A stretch of 64,000 nucleotides of DNA, filler included, from Hyphochytrium catenoides (Eukaryota > Protista > Hyphochytriomycota): assembly GCA_900088475.1 (NCBI GenBank). It is 10 parts of 10 records of this genome, joined end to end, with 100 filler letters (N's around TTAATTAATTAA, not from the genome) between each part and the next. Parts side by side here need not be neighbours in the genome. Positions count along the whole stretch, not along the records: positions 61,842 to 64,000 come from FLMG01000083.1; 9 more parts are not named here. One strand, written 5' to 3'. The notes under the pieces were generated by a model. That model saw only the letters and a program-made list of their open reading frames with translations. It made no database searches and was not told the DNA's origin. How positions within the stretch are numbered: position 1 is the first letter of the stretch; the number at the start of each line of letters is the position of its first letter. The translations under genes were made by a program, and so were the position numbers. This document shows positions 61,742-64,000 of this stretch, one piece after another.

Positions 61742-62127
61742 NNNNNNNNNNNNNNNNNNNNNNNNNNNNNNNNNNNNNNNNNNNNTTAATTAATTAANNN
61801 NNNNNNNNNNNNNNNNNNNNNNNNNNNNNNNNNNNNNNNNNTACCAGCACTTTTCAAAGGGAAAGTATCAAGCACGATTTCGGCCCAGAATCAACTCTTT
61901 TCGGAGCTTTCAAAGAGTGACAGGGGGTAAATCGGCATCACTGAGTTCATTGGTGCCATTATTTTCTTCTGAAACCGCTTCGTTTTGGAGATATCGTCCA
62001 ATTTATCAAGGCAAGAAGAGCACCAAATCCTACGGACACAAAGTCTAAAATTGTCCATTTCTCTATTCAATCTCATTATCAAGACCTATATCAAGCCGCC
62101 AGAATCATCAACATTACGAGCTCTTTC

Positions 62128-63445
62128 GTGGTAACGATATCAAAGCTACAAGGGATGGAGGACTACCCTGTTTGGCGATTGAAGATGGAGGCTTATCTCG
62201 ATGAACTGAACCTCCTTCATCATGTTGACGGGAGCCAAGGATCCCCTGATATCTCCCCAAAGGACAAGTCCATGTCTACGTCTAGGGCTACGATGCAGTC
62301 TTCTTGGCTAAAGAATGACAAAAGGGCATTCAACAAGATTGCTTTGGCAGTGGCTGACAACATTATTCCACTTCTATCTCGTAGAGGAACTGCGAGAGAA
62401 GCTTGGCTCAAACTGGAAGAATCTTTTGAGAGCAGAAGCGCAAACAGCATTGTGACTACTCTTACCTCCTTCTTATCAGCAAAGGCAGATGAAGAACAAG
62501 ACATTAGCCTATTCCTGTGCGAGCAGAGAAGAAAGCTGGATTTACTTCCGAGAAATGATGGAGAAGAAAGATTTCTACGACAACCTCTACAAAGCCGCAG
62601 TACTTATGGCCCTTCCACCCTCATATGAAGGTATTGCTCAAGCCATCCAAGTGCGTGGAACGGGGGAACTACGTGCAAGTGCCATAGATGAAATTCTTAT
62701 TGGAGAACAACACCGAAGACGTGCTAGGCGCACTACCAACAAGAATTATGATGAAGAAGAAGGCTTTGCAGCATACACTCTACATCAACAAACGATAAAG
62801 GAACCTCATCATCACCGTCATCACGAGACCAAGAACGAGGCTCATCCAGGGTCATCAGCATCATCATCAAACATTAAAGTTCGCGACCAATGGGCGGAGT
62901 GCCCATTTTGCGGAAGTCGCAGCCATCCTTCGGAGAAATGCTGGGAACTTGAGCAGAACGCTCATCACAGACCGTCTTTCTGGAAATCACGCTCTAAAAG
63001 GAATCTGTCAAAAGCTTTGAAGAAGATTATTGATTTATCTTCATCAAAGAAGAAGACTTCTTATCGTGAAGCAGTAAAGGCGCTACTGAGAAGAACTGAA
63101 GAACACAACCAGCTCATCACAAAGGAAACTTCTCAACAACCAACTAAACTATCTCTTTCCGAAGAGGAAGCACGGACAGGAGTCAATCAACATCAAGGTC
63201 CCAAGGATCCAAAGGAAGGACAATTAATCATTACGCAGGCTTCAAATCAAGAAATTGACGCCGATAAGAAAATTCTTCACTCTTTCTACCTAGCGCTGAA
63301 GCAATCAGACAATGTGGAATTTTCTGGAGATCTCAGCGCGTTTATCAAAGAGACCAAGGAAACAACATCTCGCCAACCTCGCTGTTCATCGTACATCGAG
63401 AAATGTTTACAATGGAAACCCAAGAACCAAGTAATCTCTTTCTAG
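62128..63445 (+). mobile_element. Ty1/copia gag (UBN2-type plus CCHC knuckle) with one frameshift near 62548; no pol follows
   Basis: ISKLQGMEDYPVWRLKMEAYL, WLKNDKRA...I.LAV...TAREAWLKLEESF, then in the second frame VLMALPPSYEGI and CPFCGSRSHPSEKC (CX2CX4HX4C). Confidence 0.88.
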
Positions 63446-63458
63446 CGGGTCTACAGCA

Positions 63459-63530
63459 TGCGGGGAGGTGTTGAATGTTCAACTTCGACCCTTCATAATA
63501 GGGAGTTCGAGCTGCGGGGAGGTGTTGGAG
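63459..63530 (+). other. Two polypurine-tract/LTR-start-like junctions (GCGGGGAGG|TGTTG)
   Basis: tgcggggaggtgttg occurs at 63459 and 63513; TG starts at 63469 and 63523. Confidence 0.6.
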
Positions 63531-63848
63531 TCTGAGGGCATAGCTTGGCCTACAAGCTGGCAAGCTTAACTACCCAAGTTTCAGCTCTAAACTCCCAGTA
63601 GAAGCCGAGATATGAAGTAAAGGAAATGTCCCTGTTTTTATCTATGGCTTATGGTCAGTACCCCTGGATACCTCCGGGACTGACTATTCTAGACAGGGAT
63701 ATCTCTATAACTCCATATCTTAGGGTTTATTAGGAATAGTTGGCATAGTCAGAATAGCTCTAGTTTATGGGACCCCAGTTGGGCTTCAACGTAGAGCACT
63801 CTCATCTAATGACATTGTCCAATCATCCCATATAATCCAACATTAGGG

Positions 63849-63896
63849 TGTCGGCATCAAAGACAGAGGTCCTGGGTTCAAATCCCGGAGCGTACA
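63849..63896 (+). pseudogene. tRNA-like 3' half (T-arm/B-box), pseudo-tRNA or SINE-head fragment
   Basis: AGAGGTC variable loop, CTGGG-TTCAAAT-CCCGG T-arm, then AGCGTACA. No complementary 5' acceptor strand (GTACGCT) or D-arm seen upstream. Confidence 0.45.
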
Positions 63897-64000
63897 AAAC
63901 TTTTCTCCGGTGTATCCAGACACCCTCCAATATTAACAATACAGCAGGCAAGCCTGAGGGCTCGCCATTTTAGATAGGGGTAATCCAGCCTTGACCGGCA

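Noticed and set aside
1-64000. Functional gene cluster spanning the window (TRP, metacaspase and RGS as one signalling system)
   Set aside because: These genes lie on different contigs joined by artificial spacers, so linkage is unsupported.

Overview
Eukaryotic nuclear DNA from an intron-rich protist or alga. The window is an artificial concatenation of about 10 contigs joined by 100-nt N44-TTAATTAATTAA-N44 spacers, so adjacency across a spacer is not biological. Most short ORFs in the supplied track are translations of (CT)n/(GA)n intronic microsatellites. Splicing GT-AG introns by hand gives these genes: a bZIP factor with a C-terminal SnoaL/NTF2-like domain, a small HMGN-like protein (EPSRRSARLSGKP), a partial ESCRT-III CHMP2/Vps2, an ankyrin-TRP channel, PYM, a Nup43-like WD40 protein, a plant/green-algal-style type II metacaspase with a Gly-rich linker, a Cys-rich TSP1 type-I membrane protein, tafazzin, a partial Rab GDI, a partial 7TM-RGS and a partial NADP-dependent alkenal reductase. 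Mobile DNA includes a nested cluster of TIR/foldback elements, an apparently intact intron-containing CACTA/Mirage/Chapaev (CMC) transposase gene with subterminal repeats, Ty1/copia relics (one gag-only, with a doubled PPT/LTR junction) and a tRNA-like 3' half. The strongest leads are the HMGN-like gene outside vertebrates, introns with complementary 5'(GA)n and 3'(TC)n arms, the type II metacaspase in a genome whose housekeeping genes look SAR-like, and the bZIP-SnoaL fusion. All family assignments come from motif recognition by eye; no database search was run.
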